A model generated the notes under the pieces. That model was not told the DNA's origin. It worked only from the letters and a program-made list of their open reading frames with translations, and did not search any database. Below are positions 34,236-47,744 of a DNA stretch of 60,465 bases, one piece after another (the stretch's first letter is position 1; every line of letters begins with the position of its first letter). The stretch is from Malacoraja senta (lineage: Eukaryota), in the NCBI GenBank assembly GCA_038087875.1, contig CM075995.1, positions 11,286,001-11,346,465 of the forward strand. Direction: 5' to 3'. A program made the translations under genes and the position numbers.

Positions 34236-36948
34236 GAACCCCCCCCCTCAAGGGACGGCTCCTGACGTCCCAAAACAAAAGGAAAAAAAAAAACCCACAA
34301 TAAAGAAAATAAACCCAATCCCACGCAGGGTTGGGTGGGAGGAGGGGGGACCGGAGGAGGGCTAATATTCGTCCGAGACATCCATGTCCGCATCCTCCTC
34401 CATAGCATCAGAGGAAAGCTCCGTCTCGTCGTCACTGGGTGCCTCAGACGGAAGAGGGGCAGAGTCTCAGGGGCGGCGATCCCTCTAGGAGTGGCGGACT
34501 TGGACGGCTGGTCGGGATGACGCCGGTGAAACTCCCTGATGAGGGAGGCGTCCAGGATGTGTCGAGCAGGAACCCAGGACCTCTCCTCTGGACCGTAACC
34601 CTCCCAATCGACCAGGTATTGGAGACCCCTCCCGCGACGGCGGGAGCGCAGGAGGCGGTGCACCGTAAAGGCGGGGCCTCCATTGATGAGACGAGGAGGT
34701 GGAGGAGGGACTGCGGGGACCAGGGAGCTCTCCCGGACTGGCTTTACTCTGGACACGTGGAACGTAGGATGGACCCGCATGGAACGAGGCAACTTGAGCC
34801 TCACAGCCACTGGGTTGATGACCTTCTGGATCTCAAAGGGACCGATGAACTTGGGTGCCAACTTCTTGGACTCCACCCTCAAGGGAAGGTCCCGGGTCGA
34901 CAGCCACACCCTCTGGCCCGCGAGGTAGGTGGGGGCCTGGGTGCGGTGACGGTTGGCAGTCGTGGCGTAACGGGCCACGGAGTGGAGAAGAGCTTCCCTG
35001 GCTTGGGTCCACGTCCCGCGGCAGCGACAAATGAAGGCCTGGACGGACGGGCAGGAAACCTCTTTCTCCAGCGCCGGGAACAGTGGAGGCTGGAACCCGT
35101 AGGCACACTGGAAAGGGGAGAGCCCAGTGGCCGAGCTTGTCAGGGTGTTGTGGGCGTACTCCACCCACAACAACTGCTGGGACCAGGAGGAGGGATGCTT
35201 GGACACCATACACCGCAGCGCCGTCTCCATCTCCTGATTCTTCCTTTCAGTTTGGCCGTTGGACTGGGGATGAAATCCGGACGTCAGACTCACGGTGGCC
35301 CCCACAAGCGTGCAGAACTCCCTCCAGAACACAGAGGCAAACTGGGGTCCTCGGTCGGAGACCACATCGACGGGGAGACCATGGAGCCTGAAGACGTGGA
35401 GTAACATGAGCTCGGCAGTTTCCTTGGCTGACGGAAGCTTGAGACATCTTGCTAAATCTATCGACCACGGTCAGGATGGTGGTGTGAGCCCTGGATGGGG
35501 GCAGGCCGGTAACGAAGTCCAGGGAGATGTGGGACCATGGTTGATGGGGTACAGGCAGTGGAAGCAGATGACCCGCAGGAGCTTGGTGTGAGACCTTGTG
35601 CTGGTTGCAAACGGGACAGGCGTTGACAGACTCCCGAGTGTCCTCCTCCAGCGATGCCCACCAGAACCTCCGTAGCACCATCTCCTTGGTCCGCTGAATG
35701 CCGGGATGACAGGTGAGTCGAGAGCTGTGGGCCCACTGAAGGACGTCGGACCGCAGGGCAGAAACCACAAACAGGCGATCAGGAGGGCATGCGCTGGGTC
35801 CCGGCTGGTTCTCCAAGGCCGCCTTGACCCTCTCCTCCACCTCCCAGGTGAGGGAGGCAACCCTGTGCGAGGACGAGAGGATGGTCTTGGGGCCAGAGGC
35901 AGACTCCTCCTTCGCCAAGAACTGTCGAAAGAGGGCATCGGGCTTCACGTTGCGGGACCCAGGACAGTAGGAGAGGGAGTCAAGGCGACCCCTAGGAGGA
36001 GCGGAACCAGGTAGGAGGTCTATGGCGCAGTCATAGGGCCGATGAGGAGGAAGGGAGGTGGCCCTAGACTTGCTAAAAACCTCCCCAAAGTCATGGTACT
36101 CGGCTGGGACCCCCGTCAGATCCGGAGCAGCACTGGAGCAGGTGGCCGGTTGAGGAGCTGAGGCTTCAGGCACACTTGGTGGCAGGAAGGGCTCCAACCC
36201 AAGACGACCCCCGTCCTCCAGTCGATGTTGGGGTTGTGTCGCCGAAGCCAGGGGTAACCCAGGATGAGGGAAAAACGGGGAGACTGGAGGATGTGTAACT
36301 GGATGGTCTCATGGTGGTTACCTGACAGGAGCATGCGCACTGGGACCGTCCGGTGAGAAACAGTCCCCAGGCGATGGCCGTCGAGGGCGTCGGCGGGAAC
36401 AGGTTCAGGCAGGGGAACACAACTGATGCCTAGCTGGTGGGCTAGTTGCTTGTCCATAAGATTAATGTCACAACCAGAGTCTATGAAGGTGGCGAGGGTG
36501 TGAGGACCATCAGACAACAGCAGACGGGCATGACAAAGAGGGCGTCGGACAGAGGAAAGTTCAGAGGTTCGACGTTCCCGTTCCTCGGGGGTGAGACTGG
36601 TGCGACCCACCTGCATGGGTTCGGGTTGCCTCGACGGTTGCCCCAACGAGGGTAGTCCAGTCTCCGGAGGAAAACGAGCTGGGGTGGAAAGCTGGCGGTC
36701 CGCCGGTCCCTGTTGCCTCTCCCGACGTCTCGCCAGGATGCGTCGGTCCAGACGGGTTGTTAGCTCGATAAGCCCATCCAGAGAAGAAGGAAGGACGTGG
36801 GACACCAACTCATCCTTGATATAGTCATTCAAGCCCAGCAAGAAAGCGTCACACTGGGCCGGGGCGTTCCAAGCACTCTCCCGGACCCTGGTGCGAAAGT
36901 CGATGGCGAAGTCAGCGACGCTCTGGTTCCCCTGGCTCAACCCCAGCA
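33882..36948 (-). mobile_element. Chromodomain-bearing Ty3/Gypsy (Sushi-like) LTR retrotransposon, RT/RNase H deleted, 5' end lost
   Basis: Gag C-terminus (EPMQVG), protease (FIDSG), integrase ([32 protein letters not shown]), chromodomain ([15 protein letters not shown]); PPT followed by the 3' LTR TG...CA at 33882-34235. Confidence 0.92.
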
Positions 36949-38195
36949 TATATTTACCAAGGTAATTGGAGTATCATGAATTTCTCCATTAACTATTAAG
37001 TATCTCCCTTCAATGTCTGTTATGGTATTCTTTGCTTTGAATGGTATACCTTTTCTAATAATGATTGACGTACCTCTAGATTTCGAAGTAAATGAAGAAT
37101 GGTATATTTGACCTATCCATTTCGCCCTCAACCTAGCTTGATCATGAGATTTTAGATGAGTTTCTTGTAAGAAGATAATGTCAGAATTGTACAGTTTCAG
37201 CTGAGCTAGTATCTTACGCCTTTTAATAGGTTCGTTAATACCTCTTATATTCCAACTACAGAATGAGACTCCTCCTAGGTTCTTTTGTTTAACATCTTGC
37301 ATTTTGAATAATTATAGCACCTTTAAATCTTGTGGTGCGTCCATATCCCAGGTCTTTGGGTATTGGGGGAACCTTTGAATTTCAAAGTTTTGTTGGCATA
37401 TCCCTTTTACGCTTATCACTAAACACAAAACACAAACATGTGAATTTATGTGATAATTTAAAAAAAATTAAAAAAGTGAAAATACAGTGTCTAAAATAGT
37501 CAACACTGTAACAAGTGGCCCACCTGTAGGTGGGAGAAAACATTGTTTCGACTTCCATTGTTGGTGTTAAACAAATAACTCCGCTCTCTTGGTTAATCAT
37601 AACATATTAGAACGGGGCCTCACATTCAGATATATAATACAATTTTATCCTATATATTTCATTATAACATATCATATATATATCGCAATTTTAGCTACTA
37701 ATTATTAAACAAGTGATTTTAGCTTCAATAATAGTCAACTGTTGGTTGAAGGGGTTAACGAGACGCGCCCCTGGACCTAAGCCAGGTGCTCGTTTCTCAT
37801 CCCCTCCTCCCAGTTATAGATAAGGTTTGAATTTAGTAAAAATTTATATTAGTTTTGTTAGTTCGTTATTTTTTATTTTTATTAGCGTCCGTACCTATTC
37901 TAATCTAACATAGATAACTTGTTAAATTGTTAGGTTGTTAATAGGATCAATTCTTACAATTGGATTTAATATTGTAGTCTATTAAACAAATAATGCTCTG
38001 GTACATTCCATTCACTTCAGTTCAGTTGTTTACTAGTTTTGAACAGAGAGTGTCCTTGATTCGAAATTCCATAGATAACAGTCTAGCCATCCTAAACAAA
38101 ACACTGCTTGGAATGGTTCTAATCTGCCTAACCTCCATTAACTGTGGAATTCTAGTTTAAAAAATAAATAAATAATTAATTCATACTACTAATTT

Positions 38196-39277
38196 CTATT
38201 TTTCAACGATGCTCTGGGCATATTTGTACGCATCCTCAGGTTTTACAAATGACTTTTCAGAACCATTAAAAGAAATACGCATTTTGGCTGGATAAAAAAC
38301 ACCGTATCTGACACCTTGTTTCCCTCTTAAAAGCTCTTTAGCCTTCCCGAATTGATTTCTCTTTTGCACAATTTCATACGGATAGTCCCTGAATATTTTG
38401 ATAATGTCATTGTCCAACCGTAGCTGCACTCCGTATTTGATTTTGCTCATCACATCTTCCAGTTCTAAAATGTCCCGAAATTTCACAATAATATGTCATG
38501 GGTGGGCTTTTCCAGCTTGAGATCTCGGTTTAAATCTTGGAACACGATGAGCCACTTCAATTTTCGGTTCTTTGGAAAGATTAAGCAGATGTTTAAGTAA
38601 GTCCATGGCAAACTCACGAACGTCCTTTCCCTCAGCTCCCTCTGAGACTCGAAAAATTCTCAAATTCTAGCGTCTAGAGCGAGCTTCCAGGTCCAGGCAT
38701 TTGTCTGAGGCTTTCCCCAGTTGAGTCATCATCTGTACTGAAGTTTGCTCATATTCTTGCTTCCTTTGATCATGTTCTTGCCTCATTTTCACCATGTCTT
38801 CACCATATTTTTCTCCAATTCCGTAATTGTGAGCATACTTGCAGCTACAGTTTCAAGCACAGCCGTGAACCTGTGTGTAGTAATTTTTTCCATCTTATCC
38901 ATTCTCCCCGATAGTCCATCTTTCACATCATCAATTCGTTTATTTATAGTGTCAAGTGAATCAATCACCTTCTGATTACCAGCATCAATAGCCTTCTGAT
39001 TACCAGCATTCGAATCCTGCAACATCTTTTCGATTTTTTCCATCATTTTTCCCATCAGAGTTTTATTTTCATCCAAAATTTCATCTTTCATATCTTTCAC
39101 TGATTTCTTCAAATCATCAAATTCTTTGTCCTTACCCGACTCTGTGTTAGATCTTGTATCCATTTTTGCAGCCACTTCAGGAACTTCAGAGGTAACTTCT
39201 CCTTCAGGCTTCTTCTGGTTTTTCAGCAGCTTTTTCACTGTTCTCTGAGGGCTCTTGGCTGGAGACAGTTTACTCAT
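38196..39277 (-). pseudogene. L1 ORF1 (coiled coil, RRM, CTD), frameshifted
   Basis: Coiled-coil N-terminus, LEARSRR*NLRI remnant, IKIFRDY...YPAKMRI C-terminal motifs. Confidence 0.85.
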
Positions 39278-39973
39278 TTAAAAGTCTTTAAGCCACCGTT
39301 TGAAACATCGCGCTTACTGATGACATCATCAGCCCGGTGACCAGAAGCTCCGGTAAGGTTTTTAATTCAATCCTGACTTATGGACCCGTTTTTACATGAA
39401 AAATCGCGAAATTTTTCGAGAGCGGAGCTAGGTGCACGTCTGTTAATCTAACATGGCGCCACCGGAAGTCCTGATCCCTCTCTAAAGCCTCCACATCCTT
39501 TTTATAATGGGGCAACTAGAACTGCACACAATACACCAAATGCGGCCTATTGTGTTGCCACTTTCAGGGAATTATGGACTTGGACCCCAAGATCTCTCTG
39601 TACATCAATGCTGTTAAGGTCTTGCCACTAATTGTATATTTTCCACTAACATTTAAGATCCCAAAGTGCAACACCTCACACTTGCTCGGATTATACTCCA
39701 TCTGCCTTTTCTCTGTCCATGTCTGTAGCTGGTCTATATCCTACTGTATAATTTGACTATCCAAAGACATGTTGGCTGTTGTCGAATGCCGCTGGAGTGT
39801 GGACAATTTGTGGGGAGAATTAATTGTTGGGAATATTGGTTGGGAAATGGATTGGTTCTGTGAGCAAGCATAAACTGGATGGGTTGAGTGGCCTCCTTCT
39901 CACATCATGTGGAAACAGGTGGAAGCACTGTGGACTGTCGATTACTTTGTAACCAGTTTGTTCTTTGCCCCAG

Positions 39974-40100
39974 GGTCGACCATCAAGGCCAGTAAATCAT
40001 TATCGCCGGACTTCGTGGTGAGAATGTTGCTGAGACGGCCAAAGTTGCACATGTCTCTGGACCTCCTTCCCTCCAGGCCACAGTGCAGAGGGGTCTTCCA
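39974..40100 (+). pseudogene. Truncated copy 3 of the GPT2-like ATG exon
   Basis: Acceptor and ATG (40024) present; same CR1 junction as copy 1. Confidence 0.8.
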
Positions 40101-42571
40101 GAGGGGTAGTGTTGTAGAGCAGAGGGATCTAGGAGTACAGGTGTATGATTCCTTGAAGGTCGAGTCGCTGGTAGATAAGGTGGTCAAAAAGGTTTTGGGC
40201 ACTTTGGCCTTCATCAGTCAGCGTATTGAGTATAGAAGTTGGGAGGTCATAATGTGTAGGAAAGAATTGCAGGCTGGTTCAAATCAAAGGTAGACACAAA
40301 AGGCATGAGTAACTGAGCGGGACAGGTAGCATCTATGGAGATAAGGAATGGAAGACATTTCAGGTTGAGACCCGCTCGACCTGAAACGTCACCCATTATT
40401 TCTCTCCAGAAATGCTGTCAGTTACTCCAGCATTTTGTGTCTAGTTGGGAGGGCATGTTGCAGTTGTGTAAGACGTTGGTGAGACGACATTTAAAATATT
40501 GTGTTCAGTTCTGGGCACCATGTTATAGGAAAGATTTTGTCAAGCTAGAAAGGGTTCAGAAAAGATTGACGAGGATGTTGCCAGGACGAGAGGGTGTGAG
40601 CTATTGGGAGAGGTTGAGTAGGCTGGGTCTCTATTCCTTGGAGCGCAGGAGGATGAGGGGTGATCTTATAGAGGTGTATAAAATCATGAGAGGAATAGAT
40701 TGGGTAGATGCACAGAGTCTTTTGCCCAGAGTAGGGGAATCGAGGATCAGAGGACATAGGGTCAAGGTGAAGGGGAAAAGATTTAATAGGAATCCGAGGG
40801 GTAACTTTTTGACACAAAGGGTGCTGGGTGTATGGAACAAGCTGCCAGAGTAGGTTGTTGAGGTTGGGACTATCTAACGTTTAAGAAACAGTTAGACAGC
40901 TACATGGATAGGACAGGTTTGGCGGGATATGGAACAAGCGCAGGCAGGTGGGACTAGTGCAGCTGGGACATGTTGGCAGGTTTGGCCGAAGGGCCTGTTT
41001 CCACACTATATCACTGCGACTCTATGATCACACCAACGCCACTAATTCCTCAGGCAATGAAGGAAGCTTGGCATGTCTTCAATGACTTTCACCAATTTCT
41101 ACAGGTGTACCTGTCAGAAAGCAACATGTCAGGATGCATCACAGCTCTGCCCTAGAAATTGCAGAGAGTTGTGGATGTCGCCCAGCCCATTACACAGACC
41201 AGACTCCCCACCATTGACTGCATCTACACCACGCTGCTTCTGGAGAGCAGCCAACATAATCAAGAACCACTCACATTCCCTCTTCTCCCTCTCCAGACAG
41301 GCAGAAGAAACAAAAGCTTGAAAGCACATACTACCAGATTCAGGATAATCTTCCATGCTGTTATCAGACAACTGAAAGTTTCCACATAAACTAGAGTGCT
41401 GTCCCGATCTCCCAACCTACTTCATTGAAGATCTTGCACCTTTCCTCTGTAACTCTAACACTATAATACATATTCTGCATTCTGGTATTTCTCTCCTTTC
41501 ACTATTTGTTGTACTTGTTTGTGGCTTGAATGTACTCATGTACAGTATGATTTGACTGGATAGCTCACAGACAAAGCTTTTCACTGTAACTGGTATTAAT
41601 ACCAATACCAAGTGATCTCAATGTTCAGGATATCTTTATTTGCACACATTCTCCACAGATTTTCAGTCTTCTGTCTCGAGTGGGGGTAGAAATTGAACTC
41701 AGTACCCTCTGTAAATGTGGTCCGGATACTGGCACTGATTTGCTGCTTGTGAAACTTGTAGTGTGAAAAGTGTGAAAGAGTTTAATCTATCACACTGTTC
41801 ACACAGTCTACCCTATCTGTGCCTCTCATAATTTTAAATCGTTCTCTCACGTCTCCCAATATCCTCTGACATTCCAGAGAAAACAATTCAAATTCATCCA
41901 ATCTCTCCCCGCAGTTAATACTGTTTAATCCAGACAGCATTCCCGTAACCCTTTTCTGGTCCCTCTCTAAAGCCTCCACATCTTTTTATCATCCAGCCAG
42001 CATTCCCGTAACCCTTTTCTGATCCCTCTCTAAAGCCTCCACATCCTTTTTATAATGGAACAACTAGAACTGCACACAATACACCAAATGCGGTCTATTG
42101 TGTTGCCACTTTCAGGGAATTATGGACTTGGACCCCAAGATTTCTCTGTACATCAATGCTGTTAAGGTCTTGCCACTAATTGTATATTTTCCACTAACAT
42201 TTAAGATCCCAAAGTGCAACACCTCACACTTGCTCGGATTATACTCCATCTGCCTTTTCTCTGTCCATGTCTGTAACTGGTCTATATCCTACTGTATAAT
42301 TTGACTACCCAAAGACATGTTGGCTGTTGTCGAATGCCGCTGGTGTGTGGACAATTTGTGGGGAGAATTATTTGTTGGGAATATTGGTAGGGAAATGGAT
42401 CGGTTCTGTGAGCAAGCATAAACTGGATGGGTTGAGTGGCCTCCTTCTCACATCATGTGGAAACAGGTGGCAGCACTGTGGACTGTCGATTACTTTGTAA
42501 CCAGTTTGGTCTTTGCCCCAGGGTCGACCATCAAGGCCAGTAAATCATTATCGCCGGACTTCGTGGTGAGA

Positions 42572-42796
42572 ATGTTGCTGAGACGGCCAAAGTTGCACAT
42601 GTCACTGGACCTCCTTCCCTCCTGGCCACAGTGCAGAGGGGTCTTCCACCTGGGGAAGACATCTGAACTGAAAGCCGCAAGGGGGACCTGGCAGTGGCGA
42701 GGGTTCGCTGTGTTCCTGCGCCTGGAGATGGAGCACACTCCCTTCACAGCACGACTGCTTCAGAAAGGCACGGAGATGAGGCAGGAACGGCAGCAG
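42572..42796 (+). CDS. GPT2: Alanine aminotransferase 2-like, first coding exon (exon starts ~42522)
   Basis: Acceptor TTTGCCCCAG|, ATG at 42572, phase-0 donor CAG|GTGAGT; C-terminal EMEHTPFTARLLQKGTEMRQERQQ aligns loosely with GPT2 [23 protein letters not shown]; Arg-rich N-terminus resembles a mitochondrial presequence. Confidence 0.7.
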
Positions 42797-44440
42797 GTGA
42801 GTGAGCTCCCCCCCTCCCCCCTGCCCCTCCTCCCCCATTACACCCCCCCACCCGTCCCACCCATCAGGAGACAGCTTCCCAATCGGGACATGAGTGGCCA
42901 TCGGAATGGGCATGTTGATCACCTGCTGGTGGGAGGACAGTTTGAGCCTGATGGGCCAGAAGTCAGTCATATAGGATGAAAACAGGCTCTTCGGCACAAC
43001 GTCCCTGCTGAGCAGGATGCCCAATTTAAGTTTGCCTCATTTGCCTGCGTTTGACCCATATCCAAGAGTATCAAGTGTTCAATTGTCATATGTATCAAAA
43101 ACAAAACAATGAAATTCTTACTTGCAACAACTGGTCTGTAAACACAATACTCAGAGATTACACAATAAGCAAAAAAAGGTCAATAAATTCAAAAATGCCT
43201 GAAGTCCCTAAACCTTTCCTATCATGTACCTGTCGAAAAGTTTTAAAAATGTTGTAGTATGCTTCAACTAGTTCTTCTGGCAGCTTGTTCCAGATAAAAA
43301 ACTTAACCCTCAGATTCTTTCCCCTCTAATCTTTAATCCATGACCTCTGGGTTCTTCATTCCCCTACCCTGCATAAAAGACTCTGTGCATTCACCCTATC
43401 TATTCCACTCATAATTTCATACACCTCTCTAAGATCATCCCTCAGCCTCCTGCACTCCAAACAATAATGTCCTCACCTGATTCACAGTAGCAGCACAGTG
43501 GCGCAACAGTACAGTTGCTGTCTTACAGTGCCAGAGACCTGGCTTCGATCCTGACTACAAGTGGTGTCTGTACAAAGTTTGCAAGTTCTCCCTGTGAGCA
43601 TGGGTTTTCCCCGGGAGTTCCGGTTTCCTCCCACATTCCAAAGATGTGCAAGTTTATAGTTAAATTGACTTCCATAAATTGTTCCTCATGTGTAGGATAT
43701 ATCTAGTGTATGGGTGATTACTGGTCATGGACTCAGTGGGCCAAAGGGTCTGTTACCACGCTGTATCTCTAAACTAAACTGTCCAATCTGTCCAATACCG
43801 CTTGGGCAGTTTGCACCCCAGCGGTATGAACATTGACTTCTCTAATTTCAGGTGGTCCTTACTTTCTCCTCCCCTTCTCAGCTCTCCCACAGCCCTCTGG
43901 CTCCACCTCTTCCTTGCTTCCTCCCCCACTCCCCCACCCCCCCACCCCCCACCCCCCCCCTCACATCAGTCGGAGGAAAGGTTTCAACCCGAAACGTTGC
44001 CTATTTCCTTCGCTCCATAGATGCTGCCTCACCCGCTGAGTTTCTCCAGCATTTTTGTCTACCTTCTGTCCAATCTATAGCTCAGGATCTTGAAACTTGG
44101 CAACATCCTTGTAAATCTCTCTGTGCCCTTTCCAGCTCAATAGCATCTTTCCTATTGCAGGGTGACCAAAACTGAACACAATATCCCAGGTGCAGTCTCC
44201 CAACATTTTCTGATACTAGCTCTGCTCAAGGAAGACTTCACCCACAGCTCCTACCATGGAAAGGCCTGGTATAGAGTCATAGTGAATGCGTGCAGAATCA
44301 GGCCTATCAGCTCCATGCTGACCACCGTGCCTACCTACACTAATCAGATATGTCTGTATTAATTCCAGATCCCTCTCAAATGTTGTAACTCTTTCCGCTT
44401 CCATCACCTCCTCCAGCAGCTCCAGATACCAACCACTGTG

Positions 44441-44906
44441 TTCTTTATTCTTTGGAGCGCAGAAGGTTAAGAGGGGACTTGATAGAGGTCTTTAAAATTA
44501 TGAGCGGGTTAGACAGAGTGGACGTGGATAAGCTTTTCCCATTGAGAGTAGGGAAGATTCAAACAAGGGGACATGACTTGAGAATTAAGGGACAGAAGTT
44601 TAGGGGGAACATTAGGGGGAACTTCTTTACTCAGAGAGTGGTAGCTGTGTGGAATGAGCTTCCAGTGGAAGTGGTGGAGGCAGGTTCGATGTTATCCTTT
44701 AAAAATAGATTGGATGGGTATATGGACGGGAAAGGAATGGAGGGTTATGGTCTGAGTGCAGGTAGATGGGACTAGGGGGAAGTATTTTATTTTTAATTAA
44801 AAAAAAAAAAAAATTAAAAAAAAAAAAATTTAAATGTTCGGCACGGACTTGAAGGGCCGAGATGGCCTGTTTCCGTGCTGTTATGGTTATATGGTTATAT
44901 GGTTAT
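44441..44906 (+). mobile_element. 5'-truncated CR1 3' end
   Basis: ERRRLRGDLIEVFK...GRWD* followed by a (TATGGTTA)n tail. Confidence 0.9.
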
Positions 44907-45444
44907 AAATCTATCCTCAGATCTCATTTAAACCTCCTATCTCTCACCTTAAACCTTTCAAAATGCAGCCCTTGAACTTTTTATCTGCACTTTCTGTGTA
45001 AATATAACACTATAATGCTGTAACTCTGCTCTCTGGCACTTTTCTCTTTGCACTACCTGTTGTACTTGGGTATGGCTTGATTGTACACATGCTTGTTATG
45101 CTTTGACCGGGTGGCATGCAAGCAAAGTTTCCCACTGTATCTTGGTATAGGTGACAATAATAACCAATATTTGTAGCAATTTCAACAGTGATAGCAATAC
45201 TGATACGACGATGGGCTGCTAAGGGCCAAATGCTGCACCCCTAGTCCTGGCCCCCTCCCTGAGCCTCTCTGCCCCTCTGGCCAGTGACCTGGGGGTATTT
45301 ATCTGCTAGTCTCTGTCCTCCAGCCCCACTGTCTGCCTAGAGCACAGAGGCCAATGCAGAGCATCACAATCCTACCACCGGGGCAGCAGCTCGACGGGCC
45401 GAGTGGCACAGCGGCCAATCCATGACTAACCTTTCTTCATGCAG

Positions 45445-45534
45445 TCCCAAGGTTGGAGGTCGACCGTCCCAGAGGTCGTGGGGCTCGGAGATGTCCAGGG
45501 CGCCGGGCAACAGCCAATCACCTTCCTGCGACAG
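45445..45534 (+). CDS. GPT2: Alanine aminotransferase 2-like, coding exon 2 (90 bp)
   Basis: GACTAAC branch point, CAG acceptor, CAG|GTAAGG donor; SQGWRSTVPEVVGLGDVQGAGQQPITFLRQ versus GPT2 ...NIGDAQAMGQQPITFLRQ. Confidence 0.9.
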
Positions 45535-46456
45535 GTAAGGTCAAGGGTCAATACCGTGGTGGGGAGAAGCAAAGTCCCGCAGGTGCGGGGAATCCGTAAA
45601 CAATGGCAGGATCCACTGGGATGGACCGGGCTTGATAGATCTTCAGATATTTGTGGGATCGAGGGACTGGAGGAATGGATTGCTGGGATCTTGCTGACTG
45701 ACCAGATAGCTTTGACGGGCTGAATGGGCTTGACTCACTCCTAGTCCTTTTGTTCTGGTTTCAGTTCCCATCTGGACAGCTGAGGGCATTGAATACAGAA
45801 GGGTGCAGCTCAAGAATAGGCCCTTCGGTCCACAATATCCATGCCGAACATGATACCAAGTTAACCTTATCTCATCTGCCTGCACATGATCCATATCCCT
45901 CCATTTCCATCTGCCTATTTAAAAGCCTCTTAAGCACCACTATTATATCTGCCTCCACCCTCACTCCTGGCAGTGCTCCTCTAATCTTAAACTATACACT
46001 CTAGTCTTTGACTTTTCTACCCTGGGGAAAACAATGTAAGTGTGTCCAACCTCTCCTTATAGCTAATACCCTCTAATAGAAACATAGAATAGAAAATAGG
46101 TGCAGGAGGAGGCCATTTGACCCTTCATTGTGATCATGGCTGATCATCCACAATCAGTATCCCGTGCCTGCCTTCTCCCCATATCCCTCAATCCAGGCAT
46201 CATTCTGGTAAACCTCCTCTGCACCCTCTCCAAAGCCTCTTCGCCCTTCAGGACGACAAGAACTGCACACAACATATGTTGATACACCCTTTTCCAGTTG
46301 ATCTAGCCATTCAACCCTCGACATCCCCTCTCTGGGAGTTCCTGGTATGGAGCATGAGCAGGGGGTAAGAGCTGTTACTTGTTGAGGGTGTGGGTGGCGG
46401 GGGGCAGGGGTGAAGAGTGCCGGTCCGGGAACTCAAAGCCCCTCTCCTTGCCACAG

Positions 46457-46565
46457 GTTACCGCCATCAGCACCTACCCAAGACTGCTCGATCACCCAGC
46501 CCTGCCCCTCGACGCCAAGCAGAGGGCTCGAGAAATCCTGGCCAACTGTGCGGGCAATAGCATTG
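46457..46565 (+). CDS. GPT2: Alanine aminotransferase 2-like, coding exon 3 (109 bp)
   Basis: CCACAG acceptor, G|GTGGGT donor; [36 protein letters not shown](G) versus GPT2 [37 protein letters not shown]. Confidence 0.92.
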
Positions 46566-46609
46566 GTGGGTGTCGGTGATAGGGTGAGGATGGCGACTGG
46601 TGGAAGGAA

Positions 46610-46985
46610 GGAAAATGAGGGAGAGAGGGGAATGTGGGTGTGGGGGAGGGATAGGAGGGGGGAGGTAGAGGAAGAGGGAGGGAGAAGAGGGAGGGAGAAG
46701 GGGAGGGAGGGAGAGGAGGAGGGAGGGAGGATGGAGGGCGCAGGGGAGGAGGGAGTGAGAAGAGGAGAGGAGAGAGGCAGATGAGGAGGGAAGGAGAGGA
46801 GGGACGAGGAAGAGGGAGGGAGGAGGAGGGAGTGAGCGGAGGAGGTGAAGGGATGGAGAGGAGGAGGGATGACAGAAAAGAGGAGGGAGGGAGAGAAGGA
46901 GGGAGGGCGGGAGGGACAATGGAGGGAGAGGAGGGAATGAGTGAGGGGAGGAGGAGGAGGAGGGAGAGGTGGAGGGAGAGAGGAT
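46610..46985 (+). repeat. Polypurine (GA-rich) low-complexity tract
   Basis: Nearly all G and A; source of spurious Pro/Ser/Leu-rich ORFs. Confidence 0.9.
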
Positions 46986-47744
46986 AAGTTACTACGTCCA
47001 ACACAATGGATGTCACGGTTCCATGAGACCATCCTATCAACAGCCCTGAGCCCTGGGCATGTGCTAACCTAGAACACATAACAGGCCCTTCCGCTTGCAA
47101 TCCCCATGCAGAGCATAATGCCAAGTAACTATACCTCCCATAATCTTAGAACATAAAACAGTAGGTAACAGGTTCTTCAACCTAGAATGTCGGTGTTGAA
47201 CATGATGCCAAGATAAACCAATCTCCTCTGCCTACACGTGATCCATATCCCTCCATTCCCTGCATATCCATGTGCCTATCTGAAAGCATTTTAAACACCA
47301 CTACTGTATCTGCCTCCACCACTGTCCCTGGCGGTGCATTCTAAGCAACCACCACTCGCTATGGAAAAAAACACCTTTGCCTCTCAAAATACTTTTATCA
47401 AGTCTCCCCTCAACATTCGACACTTCAGAGAAAACAATCCAAGTTAATCCAACCTCTCCTTACATCTAATACTTTCTAAACCAAGCAGCATCCTGGAAAA
47501 CTGCTTCTGCACCCTTTCCAAAATCTCCGCATCTTTCCAGTAATGGGGCAACCAGAACTGCATGCAATACACCATATGCAGCCTGACCAAGGTCAGTAAA
47601 ACCACATCATGATTTTGTGACTCTTCTACCCGATGCCCCCACCAATGAAGGCAAGCATACCATTTCCACCCTGGGAATGAGGTTCACACTGTCCATCATT
47701 TTGTAAACTTCTATCAGGTCTCCCCTCAACATCCACAGCTCCAG

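Larger units (their letters stand above)
28840..39470 (-). mobile_element. L1-clade LINE with both termini present and three nested insertions
   Basis: TSD CTGATCCCTCTCT at 28827-28839 and 39471-39483; poly(A) reads as a T-tract at 28840+; ORF1 at 38196-39277; ORF2 EN at 36937-37302; RT at 31221-32684; 5' end GACTTCCGGTGGCGCC. Confidence 0.95.
39850..43930 (+). repeat. Local segmental duplication, copy B (~4 kb)
   Basis: Near-identical to 24765-28750. Confidence 0.93.

Noticed and set aside
34335..36014. Plus-strand ORFs of up to 321 aa
   Set aside because: Antisense shadows of the GC-rich Gypsy pol.
42455..42979. 174-aa single-exon ORF starting MWKQVAAL
   Set aside because: It runs through an acceptor at 42521 and a strong donor at 42797; the flanks are intronic.
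46410..47124. Long Pro/Ser/Leu- and Gly/Glu/Arg-rich ORFs
   Set aside because: Artefacts of the polypurine tract.
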